This document shows positions 36,812-50,525 of a DNA stretch of 64,000 bases, in pieces. The DNA comes from Camelus ferus. Lineage: Eukaryota. The notes under the pieces are model-generated. The model was not told where the DNA came from. It ran no database searches and saw nothing but the letters and a program-made list of their open reading frames with translations. A program made the position numbers and the translations under genes. The stretch spans positions 37,946,001 to 38,010,000 of the forward strand of contig NC_045696.1 in NCBI RefSeq assembly GCF_009834535.1, written 5' to 3'. Every line of letters starts with the position of its first letter. Position 1 is the first letter of the stretch.

Positions 36812-37260
36812 TGGACTTTGATTTCACCACTGACATATAGACAACTTGGAAGTTGTCACCCCCATCCTTAGAAGAAAAAGATGAACCAACTGAAAATAAA
36901 CAGTACTTGGACCCATCAAAGAACCAGGCTTACAAGAGCAAATCACTGCTCTGAAGAGTCAGGCAAATATAAAGTATCATATCTGGGATCAGTTTACTTG
37001 AAACAGAAGCCTCTAGAGCCATAAAGTGATAGGAGCAGTTAAATGGTAATTTTGGTGAATTGCTGGAGGTTGAGCGTGGACTAGCATGAGAGCGAGAAAA
37101 CCCCAGGGACCACAGTTTTGGGGAATCTCTCAACTTGCATGAGTTTTACCTCCAAGCATCCCATCAAGCTATCACAGTAGAGATCTGAGAAGGAATTCCT
37201 CCTGGCAATGGCAGGGAGACCTAAAGACAATTTGGACATGAACGAACCAGACACATTCAC
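36812..37260 (+). mobile_element. L1MCa-like 5' UTR fragment
   Basis: CTTGGAAGTTGTCAC.CC..TCCTTA, AACTGAAAAT, GAATTGCTGGAGG.T.AG.GTGGAC. Confidence 0.7.
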
Positions 37261-37591
37261 AGATTCAAGACTTTCTTGACCATGGATACATGTGTATTTA
37301 TTATGCTTCATAACTTAAATATATACTATACATACTTATATGTAGGCACATGTGTTGAATGTATGCAATGTAAATTTTGCCTTCAAGAAGTTCCCACCTT
37401 CCATTTGGAGAGACAGACCCTCCACAACATATTTATATAACATATAGAGAGAGGTTTCCCCACAACTGTCATGAAGAATAGCAGTCATTAAAATACAAAC
37501 ACACTGACATAGTTGTGTTGTTGCAAATCATAAGTTTGGTTATACTTTTGGGAAGGGAGGTTGTTATTGCCTATGAGTTGCTACGTCATTT

Positions 37592-37924
37592 TGTTGACCT
37601 AAAACAAATAAATCTTTCTTCAGCAAAGATCGGTTTATTCGGGATCAGCAGAGAGTTGTAATTCGGAGTTTGCAACCATGGAAAGCCACATGCAAGTTCC
37701 CCACAGCAAGGGAGGGAGAATGCTTTTATAGAGAGGAAAAAGAAGTTGGGAGGGCTACAGCAAACAAGGAGTCCATGGCTGTGTATTGGCTGAGTCCTTG
37801 CCCTGAAGGAAGAGGAGTCCTCCTTCCTCCTGTTGTGTTCTGCTATCCTCACAGGTTGTGAGTTCCCCTTCTGGCTTCCCAACTCTAGTTGAGGTTTCTG
37901 TTCAATTATTTATTTATTTTTACA
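37592..37924 (-). mobile_element. ERV1-class solo LTR (333 bp, low decay)
   Basis: TG...CA ends, perfect 4-bp TSD ATTT (37588-37591, 37925-37928), TATAAAA and AATAAA on the - strand, several CpGs retained. Confidence 0.9.
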
Positions 37925-38479
37925 ATTTACTTCTTTATTTGAAGGTTTTGCAGTAACTGATTTTTACCTCACCTCTCTGAGCACATTTCCTAATTTATAC
38001 AAAAGAAACCTTCTCTAGGAGTTGAATAAACCTCAGTAATGCTATCCATATCTATCAACTTCATTTCAGCTATGCCTATGCTCTTTTTTTGCATCGAAAT
38101 GTTGTCTTCTTTTCTGCCAATAAAATATATATAATTTCTTAAGATCTGCTTTCATCCCCACTTTCTTCATGTAGCATCTTCCACCTACAGACAAAGTAAT
38201 TTTTCTTTCTCTGAATTCCTACAGAATTTACACTTCACCACACTCTGAAATTTGCTTAGGCCCACCTTTCTTTTTCTTAAATAATTCCTTGATGGATAAT
38301 TACTTACAAAACTAGATCAAAACCTCCCCTAGAATTTCCAAATCTTTTTCTTTCATATATCTCATAGTGGACAGAGCAGATGATGAGTGTATGAAAAAGA
38401 AGAGGGAACTATGTCTCTGAAAATATGTTTATGAAACTCTGAACAGTAAGATTGTATTATTGTTCTAAATTTTTCACTC

Positions 38480-38850
38480 TTCTTTCTTTATTGGGAGATT
38501 ATACAATACAGCCCCTACTGACTTCAATCATTGCTTTCACACAATTATCTTGTTTTAGTCAATGGAATGTGAGTAAATGAGATGTTTGCCACATCTAAGC
38601 AGACATTTTAGAGACATTGCAAGTTTCTACCTGCTCTTTTGTTCCTGTACACTGAGCTGTAAGAAGGACATATCCCAGAAAGCTCCATCCTTTGAGGTAG
38701 CAAACAGTTAAAACATATTGTGAGACCTGAACCTGGACTGCATCTCAAAACAAAGTCATGGCAGACAAAAGTGACAGAAAGATTTACTTGATGTTGTAAG
38801 CCACCAAGAATTTCGGGTTGTTTATTTTGTATCATGTTCTAGCAGTATCT
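38480..38850 (+). mobile_element. MLT1I/J-like MaLR LTR
   Basis: CAATGGAATGTGAG, AGACCTGAACC.G.ACTGCA and GTTGTAAGCCAC..AGA.TTT.GGGTTGTTT. Confidence 0.75.
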
Positions 38851-40370
38851 ACTAGACCCAGCTCCAACATTTAGTATATAAAAGTGCTTGAAGAAAACAT
38901 AACTTTTAAACCACATTTTCTTCATCTACTAATGGGGTAAACCATCCTCCACCCTAACACAGACACTAAGAGATTGTCATGAAAAGCATCAGGTGGAGTT
39001 TCTTAAAGTTTAGTGAATCTCTTGGTTTAGTTTTTGAAATAATTTAGTTTTGAAATATATAAAATACTTACAGTATAGCATGAAATGAACTGATTAATAT
39101 GGTTAAAAATATAAATTATAGAATGCTATGCAATTCATTTATTATAGAGATTGCATTGGGAACCCAATAATGTTATGTTAATTTCACTTAAATTTCTGTT
39201 TGAGAAGAATCAAGAAAACTTCAGATGATGAATTCAAAGCCAGTTCTCACTTATGTAACTTATTCATTCATTCCATTGACCTATCTCTTCTTTTTAAAAA
39301 CTTGAAATAGCCATATAAAATTGTTAAAGAGAGGCAATCTTGGCCATTGTTAATGACATATCTTTGATCACTTCACTCTCATAGTCTGCTTGAAGTTTCC
39401 TAAAGAAAAATGCCCCAAATAATATGACTAACTATAGGAGAATTAGAGATTCAATCATGTGTTTTTCAGTATATTTAGCTTTTTCATATATACTTTAATA
39501 GCACTTGGCTAAAAGAATACTAAGATAAAGAAGATTATAAGATTTACTCAATTCTACAACATACAGAAAACAGTATTATAGTAATGAGAAATCTATACAG
39601 TTAAAAGTCAAATCTGTTTCTTAATGGCAAAACTTTTTAAAGGTATGGTGGTGAACAAGTGATATAATTTATTATTAACTTCCAAAACAGCCTCCTTTTT
39701 TCAAGATGCAGATTTTTTAATTACACATTAAATGTGATTTGCAGTTTGTTAGCTGAGATTACACCAATTTCTTTGGTGCTGTTTATTCAAGGAATGACCT
39801 ATTACACATTTTTGTAAATAGCCAGTTGATCCCCATGATTTTTTTTTATCTTAAGCAGCTTAAAAATCTAAGGCCAAGAAGAGAGCACTACTGAAGGAAG
39901 TTTTCCCTAGCAAAATAAGGATATCACAAATTTTTAACAAAAGAGAGGCTGTGCCACATTATTTTTTAAATCATGAGGTTGGAAATGTAACAATTAATAA
40001 ATAATATAATTATATCAATTCACAAATTTATGAAATACTTTAAAATTTCCAAGGAAAGTGATTATGCCTAATGTTGCTAGCCGTATTTGTTCTTGTTAGC
40101 AAGGAATGTGTAACCTACTGAGTATATATATTAAGTAGGGATGTTGCACTACAGTGCAGAAAGTGTGAGAGATAAATACTTCCTCTATTCCTAAAGATAT
40201 AATTTAACTGTCCTACATTAATTCTTAATTTGAATCTCTTAGAAATTCTTAAAGTTTTAGCAATCTTAGTCATTCATTAAGACTGTATACAATCTTTTAG
40301 TTCACTTTACCTGCATCATTTAATTCACTTTATATGACAACCAAATGAAACAAAACTTAATGTTTCTATA

Positions 40371-40855
40371 TGACGAAGATTCTTTGCTTGACCAAACTTT
40401 AGTCAGGCTCCTGAATCTTCTCCTAGGCACAAGTGTTCACTTCTTTGTAAACTCTAGTTTTAAAAAGAACCCTACTAAGTCAGTTTAACTAGAACTTCTC
40501 ACCCTCCATTTCTGATCACCTTTGATATCTGATCTTGCTCCTCATCCTCCACTATCCCTCATGTGGTATCTAATTACCCTGCTTTGCCCTAGTGAAGAAT
40601 CTTTTCAGTTCAGTTCAGCCAGAATCCCTCTTAACTCTAAGGTTTCTTCTGAATAATTTTGTATCCACTGACCATCACCCCCAACCTTGCTCCTTCACTA
40701 TAAAACCACTTTACTCACGCTGTATTTGGAGTTGAGCCCAATCTCTCTCCTCCACTGTAAAATTCCATTGCAGTGGTCCCTCTACTACTGTGATGGTCCT
40801 GAACAAAATCTGCCTTGCCATATTTAACATGTGTCATTGAGTTTTTTCTTTAATG
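40371..40855 (+). mobile_element. MER31A-like ERV1 solo LTR
   Basis: TGAC.AAGATTCT.TGCTTGACCAAACTTTAGTCAGGCTCCTGAA ... GGAGTTGAGCCCAATCTCTCTCC ... GCAGTGGTCCCT; near-full-length match to the remembered consensus. Confidence 0.92.
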
Positions 40856-41229
40856 AGTGTATGACATATATATATAGTTGATATAATATCTACTATAAAA
40901 TCATTCCAAGAATTAAAAATACAATATTGCCCATTCTGAAAAAGAATAGATCTAAATATGCCATCAATTCAATGATAAATATCAGTTAAGCATTTTCCAT
41001 AATAAGACACTGTATGAAGCATATTACTGAGGATCCATCAAATACTGAAGCTAATAAAAGGCAGTAGGAAGCAATATTCCAACAGTATGGTTTTTTGACC
41101 ACTGGTAATTCATTATAAAAATATAAACTAAAGTCCCATATTACACCTAGTCTGTCTGTATTTTGGCTTTTGAATCCCAAGAATACAGGTGAATAGAAGG
41201 TGCACCAAAGGCTCAGAAACACTATGGCT

Positions 41230-41335
41230 AATCTAAAACTCAGATTCAGAAAATTAAAGAAAGACGCTAGAAATCTACATTTCTGACAACACCCTGGTGA
41301 TTCTAATGCAGGTTATCAATGGAATACACTTTGTC
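41230..41335. mobile_element. MER5-type hAT fragment
   Basis: AAATCTACATTTCT.ACAA...CTGGTGATTCTAATGCAGGT...ACACTTTG. Confidence 0.65.
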
Positions 41336-41963
41336 CACGAGGCTAACTCAGTACAACAAAGCCTTCTATAAACTCTGAGCAGTACTTGATATTTTCCTGC
41401 TTTCTCTTTTCCTATCTTCTTTACTCTTATTATTATTATATCTTAATAAGGCTGCAGAAGTCTAAGGATATGGAATTGAAAATCTGGTACAGATTTTTAA
41501 AATTAAGAGTCTTATTTTATTAGCAGAAAGACGTTAAGTATTATGACCATAAATAAACTTTGGTACAACACTCCAATTGTATTCTAGATAATGAATTGGG
41601 GCACAGAAACATTATTCCTTTTTACATTGCATTCTTGCTATGAATTATGATTTAGATATTCACCATAAAATTTAGTATCTATGGTAAATCTTCTGCTAAA
41701 AAACTGCCATGGAACATTAGCAATGATGATCATCCTACTTCAATGTCTTTATTTTAAAGATAAAAAATTAGATGTAGAGATTTTTAATTATTAAAAAGGT
41801 ATAGCCTTAATCTTTTATAATAAATTTAACCTACAATTTATACATCAAAATATTTTCAATATGGAAATAACTTTTGATTTTCCAAGATCAATTAGATTTA
41901 ATTCATTGTTTCTATTATCATAATGATTCTAAACATATTTATTGGAAATGCTTCTAATTACTC

Positions 41964-42455
41964 TACTAGTTAGTCTAATTTCTTAATAAACCACTGCATC
42001 AAGTGTTTATTTGTTAGCTAATAATTCTCTAGATTAGCAATTTGGCTTGGGCTCAGTAGATCACTGTACTGCTGGCCTGTTCCAGGCTCAGCAGTTCTCG
42101 CTTGATTTACCCTTGTACCTGCAGTCAGTTTCTAGTTTAGTGGAGAACTGATTGATTGCCTGTTAGGGCACATCTGTTCTCTGTGGGGCCTTCTGTCTTC
42201 CATCAGGCTAACTTGGGTTTTCTCATTCACATTTGTTTACAGGATGCTCATGGACAAAATGAGACCAAACTTCAAAGCACAGTTCTTTTCAAGGTTCTGC
42301 TTTTATCATGTTTGTCAATGTCCCATTGCCCAAAACAAGTGTCATGGCCAAATTCAAGGAGTGGGAAAATAGAATCACTTCCTGATGAGAGGTTCAACTT
42401 TACAACAGTGCAGATGCAGGGTGATATTTTGTGGCCATTTTCATAAGCTACTGCA
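41964..42455 (-). mobile_element. MLT1H-like MaLR LTR
   Basis: GCAATTTGG.TTGGGCTCAG, CCTGCAGTCAG, CAGGCTAAC.TGGG, AATGTCCCATTG.CCAAA.CAAGT.TCATGGCCAA. Confidence 0.78.
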
Positions 42456-42469
42456 ACTAGATTGACTCA

Positions 42470-43430
42470 GTTATTTATACTTCCATTTACATGTTCAAGT
42501 ATTTAAACAAAAATCTTTCCATCAACTTGATTTCAGTAATGTAGATAAGCTCATTTTGTAGAAGCTCACTGGATTGATTCTTTTCCCTTTCTGATAATCT
42601 TAGTCTTTTTACTGGAATATTTAGCCCATTAACATTTAATCTAATTACTTCTATATTTATGCTTATATCTACCATTCTACAGTATATTTGCTCTCTGATC
42701 AACTAGGTTTATATTATCTTACTCTTTTATTTTTATCTGATTTTAGTTTGGTTGGATATTTTTATTATTCAATTCTTTTCTCTATTCATTGAGAAATTCT
42801 ATCAAATTTTGTCTTAGCAAAAAAAAAAAAAGGTTTTGAATTCTGAACATATTAGTGAAAGAATTTATTTTGTACTAGTTTAAGGGAACAATGGAGTGCA
42901 TGTAGTATAGGAACCATACATATGTCTAAAGGGCAAGAGAGGAAATGGAGTTAATGCAGCCTTCAGCCCCTGAATATCAGAGGCTCTTCCAAATGTAGTC
43001 TTAGTGGGATAATAACTGCCAGAAAGATTGGATCAGGAGAAAATACCCAATTTTTCTTCTCCTAACTTCAGATTTCATGCCAGTGCCTTCTATTAGCCAA
43101 AGCTAATAAGAGATCAAAGGGCAAGAATGGTCATGTAATGTCAGCCTCTTGGGGTAAATAACAGGACAAAGAAAGAAAACTGGTCTATCTAGAGTATGGC
43201 AAACAGAATAAACAGCACAGAACTTATAAACTCATTTACCATTGTTTCAATGGTTAAACATAAATCTTGGTTTATTTAGTCTAATGTTACCCACAATTGT
43301 ATTTCTTCCCAGACAAAGCGAGACTCTTCAGACCCTATAACTCTCTTCACTCTTTCTGATTTCTATATAATATTCTCATGCCTTTCAATTTTGTGTATTT
43401 AAACCTAATGACTCTTTATTATTATTACTG
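42470..43430 (-). mobile_element. Old L1 (inter-ORF region/ORF2 start), split by LTR33
   Basis: The - strand translation ISINIEVIRLNVNGLNIPVKRLRLSE matches the L1 ORF2 endonuclease N-terminus (TLNVNGLN.PIKR.RL). Confidence 0.8.
42810..43219 (-). mobile_element. LTR33-like ERVL LTR
   Basis: TGT...ACA ends; GCCAGTGCCT.CTATT.GCCAAA, AGGGCAAG, GTCAGCCTC..GGGG and GGCAAA..GAA...CAGCACA. Confidence 0.7.
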
Positions 43431-43451
43431 TTTTTTATTTGTATTTTCAGA

Positions 43452-43541
43452 TTTTTAAAAAATTGAAGTCGTTAATTTACAATGTTGTGTTAGTTTCAAG
43501 TATATATAGCAAAGTGATTCAATTATACATATACATATATA
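43452..43541 (-). mobile_element. Cetartiodactyl-type L1 extreme 3' end
   Basis: ATTGAAGT..TT.ATTTACAATGTTGTGTTAGTTTCA.GT.TA...AGCAAAGTGATTCA.TTATACATAT. Confidence 0.85.
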
Positions 43542-43955
43542 TGTTAGTGGATAGTGAGACCCCTAAATTAGGAGGCCCACCAAAGTATGGGTCCTTGCCT
43601 TTTGGCTGTAAAGAATTCACAGTTGAGGCAGAGGGACAGAACGAAAACTGCTTTTATTTCTCCGAGGTGGAAAAGGAAGGAAAGTGCTCAAAAACAGAGA
43701 AGGAAAGGAAGCACTCGAGCAGGGAGCCATCAGCCAAGCTGGCCAGCAGAGACAGCTCCGCCCTGGTCAGGCCATGTGGACTTTTATGAGAGGTTTCTGC
43801 CATGATGTCCTCCTTCCAGGTATGAGGGAGCTGATCAGTCTTTGTACTAGCTTTTCAGTCCTTGCATGGACTTTTTCGGTTGTCATAGCAACTTTGAACA
43901 GTCATGGCACTGGTGGGTGTGCCATTTAGCTACTATTACGTTAAATACTAATAAC
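43542..43955 (-). mobile_element. ERV1 LTR, truncated at its U3 end
   Basis: Starts TGTTAG; AATAAAA on the - strand near 43652-43658; GTCATGGCACTGGTGGG.GTG motif of MER4-group LTRs; no CA end or TSD found. Confidence 0.75.
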
Positions 43956-46900
43956 TTAACATCGGTCTTCAGAAAAAAATGTATTCTGTAGGAGAACAAA
44001 TGGTATACTTGTGATAAAATTCCCTTTTTAAGAGAATTTCTGTTATTAAATGAGAGCCAAGATGGAATAAATCAATAAGCTTTTATGAGAAATCAAATAT
44101 ATATTAATAAATATAAGAAACCACTTTAATTAGGGATGATGCTTCATCCATGTCATTAAGTAAACTGCAGTTTCAGAACTGATAAAATATTAGGATTATA
44201 AAATCACTGCCCATTCAATATATGGATAACATCAATCATTGATTTCCCTTGTTTTCCCTACTGGTTGGTTACATTTGAATATTTTTCCTACTCAGTGTTG
44301 AAAATGTGTATCAGGGAGAAAGGAAGAGTAAAGGAGGTGTTAAAATATGGTGACTTGATAGCAGCTTGCATAAGAGCATTCTTTAAGGAAAAACATAGAT
44401 CTAGGGAAGAATTCACAATCATTTGCACTATTTCTGCAGAGACAGTCCCCTGATTAGGTATATTCTAGAACCTCTAAAAGTTGACATAAGGTAATAAATG
44501 TACTTGGGGATTCATCCAGCCAAATCTGTTTTAATAACTTCTAATTCATTTGGTTATTAAAATATCCTTAAATGAAATAGAACTACAGTGATTATCCAGC
44601 CAAATGGCAACCCATCAATATAAATATATCTATGACATAAATGTTTTATATGTAAATACACATGTATAATACTCACTTTCTTTTTTTGGTCTTTCTGTGT
44701 ATTTTTATCTACCTAATAAAATGCTTCACACATTATATTATGCTGATATTCCTCTTGTTTTTTAAGCTATTAAGAATTCCCTTGGCCACTGTCAGGTAGT
44801 ATGATGACTGAACTTTTAGTAGACATTTAATTTGGGGTTCTAATAATAAGTCTCGATGTAAAATATTATATGTATGAAGACTTTCAAGGTACAAAATAGA
44901 TATGCCATTCAGATTTTATAATATCCCCTCCTGAGGATAAGGAAGTTTAGAAAAAATTTAATATTCAGTTTTTTTGTCTTTAAGATCTACTTTTAATTAA
45001 AATTGTAAAGCAGTTGTTTTGATTTCCACTATATTACTACACATGGAATACAGTAATAAAATAAAGTACTGAGGGAATCAGGATCTGGTTGGTTATATAC
45101 ATACAAGTTGACTCTTCAACTATAGAAGCTTTAAACATAAGCCCACATTTTTATTTTTCTCTCACAAATTAAACATCTTATTTCAATTCACTTCTCCCAT
45201 TTCAGACTGTGATCTCTGATCCATAGTTACCAAACTGACTTACTATATGAACATAAAAAGGTTGACTTGTAAAGTAAACACCAATCCATGCATGAATATT
45301 GTATCACTTATTAGAAAGTAATCCAGAACTCTTTGGTTATCTATGTAACAAATTCATTTCAGAATGTAGAACAGGAAAATATGAACATATCTCTTGATTA
45401 GTATAAAATAACAAGAAGAGAAAGATCATCTTTAGAAATAATGTCATCAGTTCTTCAATGACAAATGGATGAGTTCTTGACAATGCTTAGCCATTTTGCT
45501 CTTTTTTTTTTTTCCTGTGTGAGAGAAACATTTTTTCTAGTAACTATTTCGCTAAAACCTAAAAGACATATTGTAACTTATAGCATATTTTGGTGGAAAT
45601 ATTAAAATTTGAGGGCAAAATGCCCAGGTTTTTATCCTGTGTCATTCAATGTGTGTGATTTCAGTCAAATATCTTTATACGCTTCAGTTTTTTCATTTTT
45701 AAAACTATGTATGTAATTATTTTTTTACTCTACTAATTTTTCAAGCTTTGTTTGGGAAGCAAGTAAAATAATGTACATAGAATTACTTTGTATATATCAA
45801 AGCTCTCTAATAAAATTAGCTATTACTATATGCCAGTATTACAAAAATTATGACATTCCACTTTTTAAAACATGCTAATAAATCTTATTACAGTGTAATG
45901 TTAAAATGCATTATCATTAATAATTAGTTTCTGTCTGTTGTGGTAATATAATATATGTTCAGTATCTATTATTTCTTAGGCCTTTTTAGTTTCTCTCTAA
46001 ATCAATGTTTAGAAAGGTCATTTGGTAATCTATTTTATTATATATTTTGAGATGAAAGAAATTGAAACTCAGATGAATAAGTAGTTTGTCGAAGGAGCAA
46101 AAATAATAAGATACAGAACTGAGATCTGAATTTCCTGCCTCTGATTTTGAAGTGCAAAGTCTTGAGATACCCACTTCTGTCTTACTAATTTATTAATCAG
46201 AATTTAATAAACATGTCATATACAACCTACTGAAGATAAATGTGAAGACTTTAAAATTGAGCCATGAATCAGGTTTCATTCATATTTTATGAAAGGCGAT
46301 TTGCATTCATTCTGTATATATAAAGAATCATATCTTGGCAAAAAATGCTATCTTCAACAGAGAATCACCATTTTATAGGAATGGCACAGCTTCCCTGAAC
46401 ATAAACTCAAAATACAGCAGTTAACTTGGGAAAAGACTATCACCTCAGGTCAAGGAACCCCAAGTGCCTTGAGTTAATTAGTATTTACATACATTTCCAC
46501 TAAGTACCACTGATAGGCACAATTTATTAGCTTTCAGAAAAGGAAAAAAAAAAAAAAAGAAGAAGAAAGAAGAAAAAAGAATATAGTAAAGGAAGAAAGC
46601 AAGAGAAATTATCTATACCTACCTACCTGAATGTCAATTGTTTTCAACCCAACTTCTATATATTAATAATATAAGATATTTTGATATGTCTAAAGAGCCC
46701 CATCAAATATAAGAATGCTGGGAGGGGGCTATTTTGCCTTTATTTATTTTTTGTCAAATCTAGCAGTATATGCAAAATATATGTTTAAACTTGACCCCTT
46801 CCCCAAACCTATGTCTATGCCTCCCACAATTCATACTGTCATTCTGTCCTTCAATCAAACCTCACTTCTCCATCCATCTTTTAGTTTCCACATATATGAT

Positions 46901-47244
46901 AGATAAGGGTAAATTGTGGCCAGGTTTCTGGTGAGTTAAAGGTGGTTAAATGCATGACTTATCTTAAAGAAATAATGAAACAGAATTGAATGGAGTACAA
47001 GCCTTAGGAAAGGATTATGGTAAAGATTAGGGAGATGTGGCGATACTAATGATTTTACAATATCCACAAATAAAATAAAGGTTTTTTGAGCAAACTTTAT
47101 ATAAATAAAAAGTGTTTTCTTCAAGAATCAAAATAACCTGGTGCTTATACTATAGCAAGCATGTCGAGAATGATTCAAAAGTCCTTATATAAAACAGAAA
47201 TAATTTTTTTTTCATTTTTAGCTAAAAGTTTCAGGCTCACTTAA

Positions 47245-47375
47245 GACTTAATGAGTTTCTTACTGGACCAGGCATTTTCACATTTAATTACTGAAATCCT
47301 CATAATGGCCCTAGTAAGTCGGTATCAATAACCCCACTTTGCAGATGAAGAGGTAACATCAGTTGCTTAATGTAA
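47245..47375 (-). mobile_element. MIR fragment
   Basis: AATCCTCA.AA...CCT...A.GT.GGTA...A.CCCCA.TTT.CAGATGA.GA. Similar weak MIR remnants lie near 45590-45830, 46000-46160, 49320-49420, 53866-53970, 56100-56480 and 62370-62530. Confidence 0.7.
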
Positions 47376-49798
47376 TGCATTTTAAAAAGTGACTGAACAA
47401 AAACTACTTACTCAAAATTCAATATTTCCTTAAGTATCCCCAGCTGTGAGGACATCTCCTGTTATTATTGATTGGAATTTGGATTTGATAGACCCAACAT
47501 ATAGTCTAGATGACTCCTGCAGTTCTACTCCATCTCACCAGCAGAATCACCTTGATGACATCAGTTTCCCAGTGCCTCTCATACATGTTGCTGGGACAAA
47601 CTGTAAAATCACATAAAAGCATTCACACAAACTGAATTCTATTAACTTTGTACTCAAATTCCAAGATCCGGTCTAATAGTGCTTTAGTCACCTGATTGTG
47701 GATTACCCATCATGCAGATTTTCTGTTCCACAGCTACATATGTAGCTAGCTTCAGTTACATTTTCTTCTTTTGGTGGGTTGAGTGTTCAGTGTTTAAAAT
47801 CTCATTGCATTGGTAACATCATTATTTATCCACTGACCTTTCTTTTATTGAAGGTAACCCAGAGCAAGTTCTATTGCAGACATGGAGGTAAACTGAAAAT
47901 AAATCATGTTAGAGAAATGATTTATAGACAGAAACTAAAATAACATTAATTTATAGAAACTTAGGGCAGCAAGGGGTTCTGGGGGTTACGTATTTTAAAA
48001 CAAAAATGCTCTCCATGACCTCCCTGACAAGGGATCATATCAGCTTTCTCTTTGAAGGATGTCTTTTTTATTCCACAGTAGGATGAGGCTATTTCAAAAA
48101 GTAACAATCTATTAACTGTGCTACAGAGCTCGACTTCTGAAAGATACAATCCAGCTCTCTAAATTCTATCCCATTACTGATAGAAATGTGGCAAATATGG
48201 CTTTGTAGGTTTCTGTGAAAAGCCTTAATTGAAGAGGCTAAGACATTGTTCAACCATTACTCTGAAGCCACTTGAAATGGACACATGCTTCTGAATAGAT
48301 CTTTAGTCAGTCATGCACCCCATTCTCTTCTACCTCAAAACATGTTCTTCCCAGAGTGCACATCAGCATAGGGCAATGAATCTCATATATCATAATATGC
48401 CTTGTAGGAAAAGTATGCATTCAAAATAGACTTTCACATATATGAGAACTAAGTCAGTTTATTCCCATAAAGTTTTTATTCCTTTTAGCTTTAAAAAATT
48501 AATATTTATTCAAATATTGATTGGAAGGTAATATAAAAATTATGAAATTATATAAGATTGCACTGTTGATTTTTCTGTTTTATTATATAATAAAAATTAT
48601 AAATAACATTTTTCAGCAGAAAATACAATTGAAATTTAAACACATTGTCTCCTGGGATGCAGTTATGACCATGTCATATATGTAAACAGGTGGAATGACC
48701 AATGCAGAGCCTTTTGATAGGCACATGGAAAGGGCATGGCTTGAGTTACAACAACCTCACATGAAAAAGGAAGATTGTTTCTGAGAAGAGCAGAGCTCTG
48801 CCTCTCACATTAGCTTCAGATTCAACCTCTCAGGGACTAGCATGTTTTCTAGAGTGAGAGAGAGGCCTTAAACAAAAACTTGAAAGATTATATTTTTAGA
48901 TAAAAATGCTGTAAAATCCCCAGGTATAAAAAAATACTATTTTTCTTTCAATAAAATAAAAACACGGAAGATGCTGTTTCTTCACACACTGCCACATTTA
49001 GCAGACACTGTCAGGGCTTGAGTTCATCAGCAGCATCTACAGAAGCTGTTGTTTCCCGTAGGAGCTGACAGATTTGTTTCAGAGACTTACAAGGATCACT
49101 CCTAAAGAATGCTCAGAAATGCTGGAGGACATTTTTATAGGATGTCACACTGCTAAGGTCCTAATGTAACAGGTGAGGATCGGACCCAGAGAAATATGAG
49201 TTACTTATGTTACCAACATTCAATTTTTTGTATTAAAAGCTGGTGTGGCCTGTGTTACATATAAACATTTCAAAGAGCAAACCCCTTATAACTTTCTCTT
49301 TTCCAGAAGACAAATATTTTCTAAAGAGAACATTTTTTTCCAGTTGGTAAGACTATAAAATGAGTTTTGTAAAGTGCTTTGAAATGATCTCATACATACT
49401 GACTTAATAAATGGTAGCTATTTATATATAACTTGAGAAGCTTCCACGTTATTTTAAGCAGTGAAATTTTTAGAAAGATCACTAATACAACAATGGGGAA
49501 GTTGGATAAGGGGAAAGCAAGACAAAAGAAGGAAAGTCAGGAAGGTATTCTAATTCTAATACTGAGGTAGAAAAAAATGTGGAAATGGGTAGAGTTCTGG
49601 GGAGAGACTGGAAGGCAAATTTAAGAATCAATTGGGAAATTAAATCCACAGGAATTGTTAACAGTTATCAGACTTTACAGTGTGTGCCAGGGACAGTCAT
49701 GTATAATTTTCTCTTTCAAATTTCTTAGTCCAGCATGGAAAATATGAACACTGATAGCTATAATGTGTGGCATTATGCAAAGAAGTCTTGAGACAATA

Positions 49799-50225
49799 TA
49801 GTGGACACTGTTACCACCATGCCCTGGATCAGCTCAACCCACCTGAAGTCACCTGCAGCTATGGTTCAAGATATCCAGTAGACTGATAAGCCCTTTGCCT
49901 AAATAATTTTCAGCACTTCGGGTACTTACTTCACCCACCACTACAGGCTCAAGGTAGAAACTGGGGAAATTAACACACCAACACTTGAAGACCACTGTGA
50001 TGCGTGTTCAGTATGTGTTCTTGCAGAGGTCCCCATTGCTATTTAGTCCTTGTTTCCCAAAGTGGCAAAATGCTATCGATACCCTTGACACACTTTTTTT
50101 TCCCCTCATTTCTTTTATGCTTCCTAAGACTACTTCCCAAATTAATAAGCTGCAATTAAGTCCTTGTTTCATCTTTTTTTTTTTTTTTTTTTTGGTGCGG
50201 TATGAATGAACTACGAAGTAAGAGA
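49799..50225 (+). mobile_element. LTR16C/E-like ERVL LTR
   Basis: CAGAGGTCCCCA, GTTTCCCA.AG.GG.AA, TGCTTCCT..GA..AC.TCCCAAAT, AGTCCTTGT.TCA. Confidence 0.7.
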
Positions 50226-50525
50226 GCTGGAACCAGAGGTGGCATAAGAGAAGAGTCTTCAGAATGAGCTTTAGGAATTGTGTCCTTTGATCAGATGTCA
50301 ACAAAGACCACATTGTTGATGGTAAATGGGACGGTGCTAAACTCTCACATGGTGTAGTTTCCCAATTACTAAGAGCCTCATCCAGGTAGATAAAGATGAA
50401 GTACACATAGAAGCACACTGGTTACACAACTTCTCTAGCACTTGAAAAACATGAGACAATAAAAACTAAAAGGGTGGTGGAGCTGACTGGTATTTGCTGG
50501 ACAAGACTTAACAAGAATAACAGGC
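50226..50525 (+). mobile_element. ERV3-16A3-type ERVL internal 5' region, truncated
   Basis: PBS-like GCTGGAACCAGAGGTGGC directly after the LTR; leader colinear with 26959-27310. Confidence 0.65.
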
